A DNA stretch of 64,000 nucleotides from Phenylobacterium sp. (GTDB lineage Bacteria > Pseudomonadota > Alphaproteobacteria > Caulobacterales > Caulobacteraceae): assembly GCF_020402505.1 (NCBI RefSeq), contig NZ_JADBZL010000023.1, positions 3,623 to 67,622 of the forward strand, given 5' to 3'. Every line of letters starts with the position of its first letter. The first letter of the stretch is position 1. This document shows, in pieces, positions 9,888 through 18,789 of the stretch. A program made the translations under genes and the position numbers. Under the pieces are notes generated by a model. It saw nothing but the letters and a program-made list of their open reading frames with translations, was not told the DNA's origin and ran no database searches.

Positions 9888-12239
9888 ATGTCGCGCAATC
9901 ATCGTGTTATCCTGACCCGCAGCGTTTTCCTTGCGGGCGTCGCGTTCGCAGCCTTGACCTCGGCCGCCCCGCCCGCCTCCGCGCAGCGGGCATCGAACAC
10001 AGGCCCTGAAGCCACGACGGTCGATGACCTTGTGGTCACCGCGCGTCGGCGCGAGGAAGCGATCCAGGACGCGCCGATAGCCATCACCGCCTTCACGCAG
10101 GAAACCATCCAGGAAGCGCGGATCGAGAGCCTGGCGGACCTTGGGCGCCTGACTCCCGGCCTGGTCTACACGCCCCTGTTCGGCGCCCAGAACCAGCTGC
10201 CCATCATACGCGGCGCGGCCCAAACGTTCGGCCCACTGAACGTCGGCGTCTTCCTGGACGGCGTCTACCTTAGCGGCAAGGCCGGCGTGGACCTGGAGCT
10301 CAACGACCTGGAGCGGGTGGAGATCGTAAAGGGGCCGCAATCGGCGCTGTATGGCCGCAACACCTTCGCCGGCGCGATCAACTACATCACCCAGCGTCCC
10401 AGCAGCGGTGCTTATACCGGCAGCGCCGAGCTGACGGTCGGCGACAACGGTCTACGCAAGGGCATGCTGTCTATCAGCGGTCCGCTGAACGACTGGCTTG
10501 CGTTCCGCCTGTCGGGATTCGCGCGCACGTTCGACGGCTTCTACACCAGCTCCATCGATGGCGGCCGCGTCGACTTCGTGGAGAACAGCGGGGCGTCGCT
10601 CGTGGTTGAAGCACGTCCGACCGACCGCCTGACTGCGACCTTCCGAACGACCGTGAGCACCGAGGACTCGGGTCAGCCCGCATCGAGCGTCATTCGCACC
10701 AATGGCGCGCCCGGCACGCCTGCGGGTGGGTCGGCAACCCAGCAGCGCAACCTGCTCTACCTCGGCGAACTGCCTTCGATTCCCGAGAACGGGGTCACGG
10801 TGAATACCCGCCGCACGGGCTTCGAGCCGACCGACTACGGCCAGCGTGGCGACACCCTGCGGACCAGCCTGACGCTGGACTACGATTTCGACTATGCGAC
10901 CCTGACCTCGATCAGCAGCTACAGCCGCCGCAAGACGGAGTACACGTTTGACGGCGACAACACGATCTGCGACCGCGCCGGCGGATGCCCCAACTTCGGC
11001 TTCCCCTTCGCCCCGGCGATCCCCTTCGGCCAGAGCAGCTTCGCCACCTCCTCCAGCGAAGACCGCTTCTTAGACCGCAGCCAGGAACTGCGCCTCGCCT
11101 CCAATGGCGACAGCCGCCTGCAATGGCTGATCGGGGCCTTCTACTATTCGAACGAGGTCCGCGTTCTGGCGAAGAGCCAGGCGCCACTGACCCAAGCCGC
11201 CGTCAACACCAACGGCGTTCCGCGCTCGCGCACCGAGATCGACAGCATCGCGGTGTTCGGATCCCTCGCCTACGAGTTCTCCGACCGCCTTCGCGGGTCC
11301 GTCGAGCTACGCTACGAGGAGGAGGATCAGAGCTACCAGCAGGCGCCGTCACGAACCGGCGGAACGGGAGCCTCGGCCCTGGTTCGCAACTCCAAACAGT
11401 CCTTCGACTTCACCACGCCCCGCGTCACGCTGGACTATGACCTGACGGAAAACGGAATGCTCTACGGCATCATCGCGCGCGGAGCCAAGGCGGGCGGGTT
11501 CAACACCAACCTGAACATCACCACGGCCCAATGGACCTATCAGCCCGAGTATAGCTGGAACTACGAGATCGGGTTGAAAAACACCCTCCTGGATGGCGAT
11601 CTGATCCTGAACGCCGCCCTGTTCTATACCGACTGGACCGACCAGCAGGTGGCCTGCCAGAACCCGGTGACGCTGGGCGGGACGTCGACCCAGCGAACCT
11701 ATACCTGCAACGTCGGTAAGGCCGAGGTCCTCGGCCTGGAACTGGACGGCGTGTGGCAGCTGACCGACACCCTGACACTCAGCGGCAACTACGCTTACAC
11801 CGACGCGACCTATTCGGCGTTCGTGGACGACTCGCTCGCCGCGACCCTGGTGCTGGCCGGCCGCCCGCCCATCGACTTCAACGGCAACCACCTGCCGTAT
11901 GTGCCCGAGCACAAGCTGGTGATCAGCCCGCAGTACGAGCGCGAGCTCGGCAACGGCGTGAACTTCTCGGTCCGGGCCGACGTGGCCTACCAGTCCAAGG
12001 CCTACCTGCGCGCCGACAACCTGCAATACTTCGGCGAGAAGACGACGCTGGACCTGCGGCTGACGCTACGCGGCGAGGATGGCTGGCGGATTCAGGCCTA
12101 TGCCGACAACGTTCTGGACGACGACACGCCGACGGCCGGCGTGCGCTTCTTCGACTCGGTCAACTACTCGGTGTCCTCGCCGCTGGTGACCGGGGCCGAC
12201 CGGCGCCAGATCGGCGTGGCGATCGGGTACTCTTTCTGA
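9888..12239 (+). CDS. TonB-dependent receptor
   Basis: Signal peptide, TonB box (DDLVVTARRREE), plug motif VEIVKGPQSALYGRNTFAGAIN and C-terminal Phe. Confidence 0.96.
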   Translation: MSRNHRVILTRSVFLAGVAFAALTSAAPPASAQRASNTGPEATTVDDLVVTARRREEAIQDAPIAITAFTQETIQEARIESLADLGRLTPGLVYTPLFGAQNQLPIIRGAAQTFGPLNVGVFLDGVYLSGKAGVDLELNDLERVEIVKGPQSALYGRNTFAGAINYITQRPSSGAYTGSAELTVGDNGLRKGMLSISGPLNDWLAFRLSGFARTFDGFYTSSIDGGRVDFVENSGASLVVEARPTDRLTATFRTTVSTEDSGQPASSVIRTNGAPGTPAGGSATQQRNLLYLGELPSIPENGVTVNTRRTGFEPTDYGQRGDTLRTSLTLDYDFDYATLTSISSYSRRKTEYTFDGDNTICDRAGGCPNFGFPFAPAIPFGQSSFATSSSEDRFLDRSQELRLASNGDSRLQWLIGAFYYSNEVRVLAKSQAPLTQAAVNTNGVPRSRTEIDSIAVFGSLAYEFSDRLRGSVELRYEEEDQSYQQAPSRTGGTGASALVRNSKQSFDFTTPRVTLDYDLTENGMLYGIIARGAKAGGFNTNLNITTAQWTYQPEYSWNYEIGLKNTLLDGDLILNAALFYTDWTDQQVACQNPVTLGGTSTQRTYTCNVGKAEVLGLELDGVWQLTDTLTLSGNYAYTDATYSAFVDDSLAATLVLAGRPPIDFNGNHLPYVPEHKLVISPQYERELGNGVNFSVRADVAYQSKAYLRADNLQYFGEKTTLDLRLTLRGEDGWRIQAYADNVLDDDTPTAGVRFFDSVNYSVSSPLVTGADRRQIGVAIGYSF

Positions 12240-12253
12240 AGGCCCTTGCGGTC

Positions 12254-13204
12254 ATGATGACCGGGCTCGCCCTCGCGGCGGGCCCGGTTCTGACCCAGTC
12301 CGCGCCGCCTGCGCCGCTGGCGGCGGGGCCGCTGGAACGCGACCTGCGCGCTCTGGTCGAGATGTTTCAGGGGGACTGGGACAACGCAGAGCAGGTCGGG
12401 TTCGCCGAGGAGCTCGGCTTTCCTGCCGACGCCCCGCCGACTCGCCGCCATGTCACGATCCGCCGGGTGGAGGCCCCTGGCCTTGGGCCGCTCGTGCTGA
12501 AGCTCGACGAATACCGGAACAATGACCCCACCGATCTGGGGCGGCAGAGGTTCTATGCGCTCGCGGTTGACGCGGACCAGCGGGCGATCCGGATGGATTC
12601 CTTCACGCCGCCCGGCGACCGTCTTGCGCCCGATGCCAACCTGGCCAGCCTCACGCCGGCGACCCTGCGGCGCAATCCGGGCTGCGAGACCCTGTGGCGG
12701 CGCAGCGCCGATCAGTTCATCGGATGGATCGAAGACGGCGCATGCAGCGTGCGCACCAACGCCGGGACGACCCTGGCCATCGGGGCGGAGATCGTCCTGT
12801 CAGAGGACCAGCTCTGGATGACCGAGACCGTGCGGGACACTGAGGGCCGCGACGTCACGCCGGACGAGCCCGACGCCCCGGTCCAATACCGCCGCGCCAC
12901 GGCCTTTACCTGCTGGATAGCTGTGCCGAGGCAAGCTCCGCAGGAGGGCTGGTTCTTCGCCCGGGACCTGACCATCCACGACCAGGGCGGCGAGGTCTGG
13001 ATCACCACCGACGAGACCACGCCCCGCTCGTTTGGCTTCGGCATGCGGAACGTGCGCTGGCCGACGGGACAGAACGCCGACGCCCTGACGCTGTATGTCC
13101 ACGACCAGAGAGGCGCGCCCGCGATCAGCTATGCCTGGGCAAACCCCGACGCGACGCGGATCGGGATCAATCTGCGGACGCTGCAAGGCAGCTGTTCGCG
13201 CTAG
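12254..13204 (+). CDS. Secreted CpcT/CpeT (T-type bilin lyase)-like protein with C-terminal extension
   Basis: MFQGDWDNAEQ, GRQRFY and NPGCETLW match the CpcT/CpeT pattern. Signal-like N-terminus. Follows the receptor after 14 bp. Confidence 0.72.
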   Translation: MMTGLALAAGPVLTQSAPPAPLAAGPLERDLRALVEMFQGDWDNAEQVGFAEELGFPADAPPTRRHVTIRRVEAPGLGPLVLKLDEYRNNDPTDLGRQRFYALAVDADQRAIRMDSFTPPGDRLAPDANLASLTPATLRRNPGCETLWRRSADQFIGWIEDGACSVRTNAGTTLAIGAEIVLSEDQLWMTETVRDTEGRDVTPDEPDAPVQYRRATAFTCWIAVPRQAPQEGWFFARDLTIHDQGGEVWITTDETTPRSFGFGMRNVRWPTGQNADALTLYVHDQRGAPAISYAWANPDATRIGINLRTLQGSCSR

Positions 13205-13647
13205 GCGACCTTTACCTCGTCGATCAGCGTCCGCTGATAGCATTCACCATCCCGGAACCAGTGCCACGTCCGCGCGCGAGTCCGTCCATTCGGAGCCAGC
13301 ACGATCAGCTCATAGAGATGGGCTCCGGGCGTGTCGGTCCGCTCCCACGTCAGGATGCAGGTTCGGTCGTCGCCCTGCCAGGCATGTCCCCGGATCAATC
13401 CGGTGTCCCACCACAGCCGACCGTCGCGATAGACGCCCGGATGCTCGGCCTCCACCAACCGGCCATCGGGCCAAGTGAACCGGTTCTTCTGCACATAAGC
13501 ATAGGGGCCGTCGTCAGGGAAAGAGACCTCGATGCGCGAGGCATGACAATCGACCTCAACGCCATCGGTCGTCACCGTCCGATAGGTCCCCTCCCACACC
13601 CCCGCGTGGCTGACCAGCGCGGGCATATGCTCATGCAGGGGGTTCAC
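13201..13647 (-). CDS. DUF3598-like / nitrobindin-like beta-barrel protein
   Basis: HAGVWEGTY N-terminal motif, Trp-rich strands and RARTWHWF. Confidence 0.65.
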   Translation of the reverse strand: MNPLHEHMPALVSHAGVWEGTYRTVTTDGVEVDCHASRIEVSFPDDGPYAYVQKNRFTWPDGRLVEAEHPGVYRDGRLWWDTGLIRGHAWQGDDRTCILTWERTDTPGAHLYELIVLAPNGRTRARTWHWFRDGECYQRTLIDEVKVA

Positions 13648-14090
13648 TTCACTCGGCGCTCGGTGATGCAGGTCCGCTTGAACAGCTTGTCGTTCTCGAA
13701 CCAGTGCCAGGTTCGGGCGCGGTCGTTGCCATCCGCGGACAGCTGGATCATCTCATAGAGATAGGCGCCCGGCATGTCCTTGCGCGTCCAGGTGAGACAC
13801 ACGGTCCGCGAGTCGATTTCCCAGGCGCGGCCATCGATGCGGTCGGTGTCCCACCAGATCTGATTGTCGCGATAGGTGGCGGGGAAGTGAATCTCTTCCC
13901 TCCTGCCGTCGTCCCAGATGTAGGTGTTGATCTGATAGTAGGCATGGGGGCCGTCGTCAGGGAACTTGCACTGGAGATGCGATCGGTGACGATCGATGAC
14001 GTTGTTGTCGGGATCGACGTGGATGTATTCGCCTTCCCATTCGCCGGCGTGGCGGGCCAGGACCGGCATGCCTTCGCGGATACCCCTCAT
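13644..14090 (-). CDS. DUF3598-like / nitrobindin-like beta-barrel protein (paralog)
   Basis: HAGEWEGEY and RARTWHWF. Clearly alignable to the adjacent gene. Confidence 0.65.
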   Translation of the reverse strand: MRGIREGMPVLARHAGEWEGEYIHVDPDNNVIDRHRSHLQCKFPDDGPHAYYQINTYIWDDGRREEIHFPATYRDNQIWWDTDRIDGRAWEIDSRTVCLTWTRKDMPGAYLYEMIQLSADGNDRARTWHWFENDKLFKRTCITERRVK

Positions 14091-14130
14091 CGTCGTCTCC
14101 CTCGCTCGGGCGGTGCGATCCGCCCCTGGA

Positions 14131-14154
14131 AAGTGATATAGACTTAGATCATTT
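14131..14154. promoter_or_regulatory. Operator motif A
   Basis: AAGTGATATA-GACT-TAGATCATTT between divergent genes. Confidence 0.75.
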
Positions 14155-14217
14155 GGGCTTGAAACCCCCAATGCGCGTAGTCGGTCGAATGGCTGTAAAT
14201 CAGGCGCTCAACAGGAT

Positions 14218-15009
14218 GTGGACGGGCTTATGGATCATGCTCTGAAGGTCGAGGTCTCGGGCGATGTGGCAACCCTGACCCTGAACCGGTCCAGGAAGAA
14301 GAACGCCCTGACGCTTGCAATGTGGAGCACCTTGCCCGGCCTGCTGGCGGAGGTGGCGGCCGATCGGGCGGCCAAGGTCCTGGTGGTGCGGGGTGCTGGC
14401 GGGACCTTCGCGGCGGGGGCCGACATTGGCGAGTTCGAGACCGTTTATGCGACCCCGGACAGAACCCGCGACTATTTCGACCGGGTCGGCAAGGCAATGG
14501 CGGCGCTGGCGGCGTTCGAGAAGCCGACGATCGCCATGATCGAGGGGGCCTGCGTCGGTGGCGGACTGGGGTTGGCGCTGGCGTGTGATCTGCGGATCGC
14601 GGCCGCCGACGCATGGATGGCCCTGACCCCGGCCAAGCTGGGGCTGGTCTATTCGCTGCCGGATACACGCAGACTGGTGCAGGCCGTAGGCCTGTCCCGG
14701 GCAAAGGACATATTGTTTACCGGGCGGATGATCGCGGCGGAAGAGGCCCTCGTGATCGGGCTCGTCGATGCACTGCATGCGCCGGAGGCACTGGAGGCAG
14801 CGGTGGCCGAGAAGACCGCCCAGATCGCGGCGGCGAGCCAGTGGACCGCGCGCAGGGCAAAGGCCATCGTCGGCCTGATCGCCGACGGGGAGACAAGGGA
14901 CACGGACGAGACCGCGCGGTGGCTGATTGAAGCGGTCGAGGGCGAGGACTTCAGCGAGGGGCGGAATGCATTTCTGAGCAAGCGGAAGCCGGAGTTTCCG
15001 TTTCGCTAG
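14218..15009 (+). CDS. Enoyl-CoA hydratase/isomerase family protein
   Basis: LTLNR..KKNAL, FAAGADIGEF, GACVGGGLGLALACDLR. Confidence 0.92.
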   Translation: MDGLMDHALKVEVSGDVATLTLNRSRKKNALTLAMWSTLPGLLAEVAADRAAKVLVVRGAGGTFAAGADIGEFETVYATPDRTRDYFDRVGKAMAALAAFEKPTIAMIEGACVGGGLGLALACDLRIAAADAWMALTPAKLGLVYSLPDTRRLVQAVGLSRAKDILFTGRMIAAEEALVIGLVDALHAPEALEAAVAEKTAQIAAASQWTARRAKAIVGLIADGETRDTDETARWLIEAVEGEDFSEGRNAFLSKRKPEFPFR

Positions 15010-15021
15010 AGCGGAATCCGT

Positions 15022-15540
15022 TCACTTTGCACCGTAGCCTGCAGCCGTGAAGTAGTTGGCGCATTCGTCGGGTGTGAAGCCGTCGATGATGAGGCCTATG
15101 CGGTTCCAGAGGGCTTCGGTGGATCGTTCGGCGGCCTTGCGCAGGAGGGCCTTGAGTTTTGAGAAGGCCATCTCGATGGGGTTCAGGTCTGGCGAGTATT
15201 TCGGCAGGAATACCAGGCTGGCGCCGCAGGCTTCTATGGCCAGCCGGATCCTCGGGTTGCGGTGCGAGCCGAGGTTGTCGACCACCACGACGTCGCCTGG
15301 CTTGAGCGTCGGGCAGAGCACCTGCTCGACATAGGCCAGGAACCACTCGCCGTTGATCGGCCCCTCCAGCACCATGGGCGCCGTAAGACCATCGCAGCGG
15401 AGCGCCGCGACGAAGGTGGTGGTCTCCCAGCGCGCGAGCGGGATCTTGTCCATGAGCCGACAGCCTCGCGGGGCGCGGCCCCGAAGCCGGATCATATTGT
15501 CCTTGGCCCAGGTCTCGTCGATGAACACCAGGCGCTTCAC
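15022..15540 (-). CDS. IS630 transposase DDE part (reached by frameshift)
   Basis: FIDETW, VVVDNLGSH and LPKYSPDLNPIEMAFSKLK. Confidence 0.9.
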   Translation of the reverse strand: MKRLVFIDETWAKDNMIRLRGRAPRGCRLMDKIPLARWETTTFVAALRCDGLTAPMVLEGPINGEWFLAYVEQVLCPTLKPGDVVVVDNLGSHRNPRIRLAIEACGASLVFLPKYSPDLNPIEMAFSKLKALLRKAAERSTEALWNRIGLIIDGFTPDECANYFTAAGYGAK

Positions 15541-15589
15541 ATCGAGCGTCGGCTGCTGTTCACGCCAGAGCGCCCGGGCTTCGGCGACG

Positions 15590-15970
15590 TCAGGCCTGTC
15601 TTGCTGAGCGGCGTGCAGGGTTTTTTTTGAAGCTCAGCCGCTCGCGGTCACAGAACCGCCAGACCGCGCCATAGCTCGCTGACAGGCCCCGCTCAGCGAG
15701 AAGCTCCCGGCGCATTTCCTCCAGCGTCAGGTCCGGCTTCGCCGCGATCCGCGCCAGTAGCCAGTCCCGGTTCGCGCCCTCGATCCGGCAACCCCGGCTG
15801 CCGCCGACCGGCTTGGGCGACACGCTGCCTGTCCGACGATGGGCCTGCACCCAGCGGATCACACTGCTCACACCCACGCTGAACCGCTTCGCCGCCTGAT
15901 GTCGGCTCAGCCCGCCATCCACCGCCGCCACGGCTCGCTGCCGAAGATCATCCGAATACGGTCTCGCCAT
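15590..15970 (-). CDS. IS630 transposase N-terminal HTH part
   Basis: MARPYSDDLRQRAV...AAKRFSVGVSSVIRW...KPDLTLEEM. Confidence 0.9.
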   Translation of the reverse strand: MARPYSDDLRQRAVAAVDGGLSRHQAAKRFSVGVSSVIRWVQAHRRTGSVSPKPVGGSRGCRIEGANRDWLLARIAAKPDLTLEEMRRELLAERGLSASYGAVWRFCDRERLSFKKNPARRSARQA

Positions 15971-16057
15971 TCATGCTGGCCTCCCCCAGCCAGCATCTTG
16001 AATCACGATCCGCACGCCTCGTGAATCCCTATCGATTCCATCAGACCGGACTTTGCT

Positions 16058-17392
16058 CTAGCTTGTTCTTTCGCCCAAAAGGGAGAGCGGTGGTAGCGTC
16101 ACCGCCAACCGCTCGGCCAACCCGAGGATCGCCTGGCTGTCGCGACCAATGATCTGGGCAGACAGGGGCAGACCGTCTCTTGACAGGCCCATCGGAAACG
16201 CCACGGCGGGTAGTCCCGCGACGTTGGCGAGGCAGGTAATGTCGGCCTGGTCCGCCGGAACGGGATCACCGAACGGGAAGGCCGGGGCGCCGGTAGTGGG
16301 GCATAGAAAGCCGAGGCGGTCGCCAATCAGGACCTCCACACGCTCCTTCATCGCCGCGATCTCGGCGCGGGCCTCAGCGAGCTTTGCCGGGGGCTGGGCC
16401 GCACCCCAGCGGAGCATGCTGGCGAAGGTCTCGGAGAAGCCGTCGGGGCGGGCCTGGAGCATAGCGGCGTGCTCTGCGAAGCCCTCGGCCTCGGAGATCA
16501 GGAGGCCCCGGCGTCGCAGGCGGCCGAGATCGATATCGAGCGGCACGGACCCTTCGAGCACGCCTTGGGCTTCGGCGGCGGCGACCAGGGCGACGAAGGC
16601 GGCGCGGACATCGTCGGGCAGGGACGCGCGGTCGGTGACGTCAAGCACCGCGAGCGGGGCGTTCGGCGAGGCGGGATCCGGCACGGCGATCTCGGCGAGC
16701 ACCGCAGCGCAGTCCCCCGCCGACCTGGCGTGGACACCGACGTGGTCGAGGCTGGGCGACAGGGGCATGACCCCCTCCTCCGATATGGCGGCGTAACGAG
16801 GCTTGATCCCGAACACGCCGCAGTAGGCGGAAGGAATGCGCACCGAGCCCATAGTGTCGGTGCCCAGCGCCACCGCACATAAGCCCGCCGCCACCGCCGC
16901 GGCCGAACCGCCTGACGATCCGCCGGCCGTGTAGCCTGCGCGCCAGGGGTTCTGAGTCCGGCCGAACCACGGATTATCTGTGACGGCGCCGAGCGCCCCC
17001 TCCTCCATGTTCAGCGTGCCGAGGATGATCGCGCCGGCGGCCCGAAGGCGCGCCACGCAGGCCGCATCACGGTCGGCGACGCGGTCGCGATAGGCCCCGA
17101 TGCCGGCTGTCCAGGGCAATCCGGCGACGGCGATATTGGCCTTTACTCCAACGAGGCAGCCGTCCAGCGGCGACAAAGCCAGGCCCGAGGCCCAGCGATG
17201 GGAAGACGCTTTCGCCGCGTCGCGTGCGCCCTCGATGTCCAGATCGACAAAGGCGTGAATCGCCGGGTTCGCCTGCTCGATCCGGGCCAGATAGGTCTCA
17301 AGCACCGCGGTAGGCCTTGCGGAGCCCTCGCCATAGGCGGCGGCGAGCCCGCAAACCCCGGCCGCGACCTCGGGCTCGAACGAGCCGGTCAT
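16058..17392 (-). CDS. Amidase signature family protein
   Basis: GVKAN, NMEEGA, AGGSSGGSAAAVAAG and GTDTMGSVRIPS (Ser-cisSer-Lys triad). Confidence 0.92.
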   Translation of the reverse strand: MTGSFEPEVAAGVCGLAAAYGEGSARPTAVLETYLARIEQANPAIHAFVDLDIEGARDAAKASSHRWASGLALSPLDGCLVGVKANIAVAGLPWTAGIGAYRDRVADRDAACVARLRAAGAIILGTLNMEEGALGAVTDNPWFGRTQNPWRAGYTAGGSSGGSAAAVAAGLCAVALGTDTMGSVRIPSAYCGVFGIKPRYAAISEEGVMPLSPSLDHVGVHARSAGDCAAVLAEIAVPDPASPNAPLAVLDVTDRASLPDDVRAAFVALVAAAEAQGVLEGSVPLDIDLGRLRRRGLLISEAEGFAEHAAMLQARPDGFSETFASMLRWGAAQPPAKLAEARAEIAAMKERVEVLIGDRLGFLCPTTGAPAFPFGDPVPADQADITCLANVAGLPAVAFPMGLSRDGLPLSAQIIGRDSQAILGLAERLAVTLPPLSLLGERTS

Positions 17393-18789
17393 CAGAACCG
17401 CTCGTCAATCAGGCGGATGGGCTTCTGACGGACCTCCACCTGGGTTAAGGCGGCGGTCTCACCACGGCCCACCACTTCGACTTCGACTTCAATGCCGATC
17501 TTGCGCTTCAGGATCTCGCCGAGGCGGCCGGCAAGGGCAGGGTCTCCCGAAGCCGAGGCCTCGGCTACCACCACGAACGTATCCCGCCCGGCGGCGTCTC
17601 GGCGAGTCTTGCAGACGAACTCGCCCGCGAACTCCGGAGCCTCGTCCAGCATGGGGCCGATGGCCTGGGGGAAGATGTTGATGCCACGCACCTTCACCAT
17701 GTTGTCGGAGCGGCCCAGGAACCCCTCGATGCGCCGGAAGCTGGCGCCGATGGACGACGGCCGGGTGATGACTTCGGTCACGTCGTGGGTGTTGAAGCGG
17801 ATGATCGGGTAAAGATCATCCTTGTAGAGGCAGGTCACGACCATGTCGCCGGGCGAGCCGTCGGCCACAGGCTTGCCTGTGTCGATGTCGCAGACCTCCA
17901 GGTACTGGGCGTCTTCCATGACGTAGAGGCCGTCGCGGTCAGGGCCCTCGCCCGCGATGCAGCCGGTGTCGCCGACGCCATACCAGTCGAAGCATTCGGC
18001 CCCGCCCCAGGCTTCGGACAGGGCCTGCTTGTCCTCGCGCCCCATGTGGCCCGAGATCATCCGCACGGGAATGTCGACGCCGGGACGCAGTCCAGCCTCG
18101 CGCGCCACCTCGGCCAGCCGCTTGATGTAATCCGCGAAGCCAAAGATGGCCGTGGCCCCGAAGGTCTTCATCAGCTCGACCTGTTGGGCCGAACGGGTCT
18201 CGACTCCCGTGCCCGCCGACATGAAGACGGCGCTGGTCCAGTGGGTCACGGCCTCGCGCACATAATGGCCGCCGTTGATCATGCCGTGGCCGTAGACCGA
18301 GTGGACGACGTCGCCCGGGCGCAGTCCCTGCCAACGATAGAGGCGGGCCAGAAGCAGGTTCTGGAGCTCACGGCTCTTGGGCCCGAACAGCAGGACCTGT
18401 GGCTTTCCGGTGGTGCCCGAGGTGGTGTGGAAGATGACGGGCGGGCGTTTGGCGGCGGGGTAGCTGTCGAAGCCGGCGAAGTCGCCGAACGGCGGCGCGA
18501 TTTCCAGCGACTTCATGATGTCGGACTTGTCGAAGCTGGGCAGGCTCGGCAGGTCGTCGAGGCTCTTGATGTCGCCCTCGGCGATGCCGGCGGCGCCCCA
18601 CAGACGACGATAGAAGGCGGTCTTCCACGCGCGAGCGACGCAGCGGGCGAACAGCGTCTCTTGTCGGGCGCGCAGCTCGTCGCGGCTGATGGAGGTCACC
18701 AGCCTGGTGAAGGCATCCCCGATGGGGTGGTCACGAGCAATGGCGGCGAAATCGATCTCGTCCCAGTAGTTGCGGTGGGTGTCGGTCAT
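17392..18789 (-). CDS. Phenylacetate-CoA ligase (PaaK/F390)-like AMP-forming ligase
   Basis: HTTSGTTGKP, WYGVGD, PIIRFNTHD and GRSDNMVKVRGINIFP. Confidence 0.88.
   Translation of the reverse strand: MTDTHRNYWDEIDFAAIARDHPIGDAFTRLVTSISRDELRARQETLFARCVARAWKTAFYRRLWGAAGIAEGDIKSLDDLPSLPSFDKSDIMKSLEIAPPFGDFAGFDSYPAAKRPPVIFHTTSGTTGKPQVLLFGPKSRELQNLLLARLYRWQGLRPGDVVHSVYGHGMINGGHYVREAVTHWTSAVFMSAGTGVETRSAQQVELMKTFGATAIFGFADYIKRLAEVAREAGLRPGVDIPVRMISGHMGREDKQALSEAWGGAECFDWYGVGDTGCIAGEGPDRDGLYVMEDAQYLEVCDIDTGKPVADGSPGDMVVTCLYKDDLYPIIRFNTHDVTEVITRPSSIGASFRRIEGFLGRSDNMVKVRGINIFPQAIGPMLDEAPEFAGEFVCKTRRDAAGRDTFVVVAEASASGDPALAGRLGEILKRKIGIEVEVEVVGRGETAALTQVEVRQKPIRLIDERF

Larger units (their letters stand above)
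15009..16058 (-). mobile_element. IS630-family element, apparently intact
   Basis: TA duplication at 15007-15008 and 16059-16060. Ends read (TA)GAGCGGAATCCG and (TA)GAGCAAAGTCCG. Two ORFs are joined by an A8 slippery run at 15621-15628. Confidence 0.92.

Noticed and set aside
11753-12253. N-terminal 167 aa of the 483-aa ORF
   Set aside because: It overlaps the TonB receptor in another frame. The real gene begins near ATG 12254.
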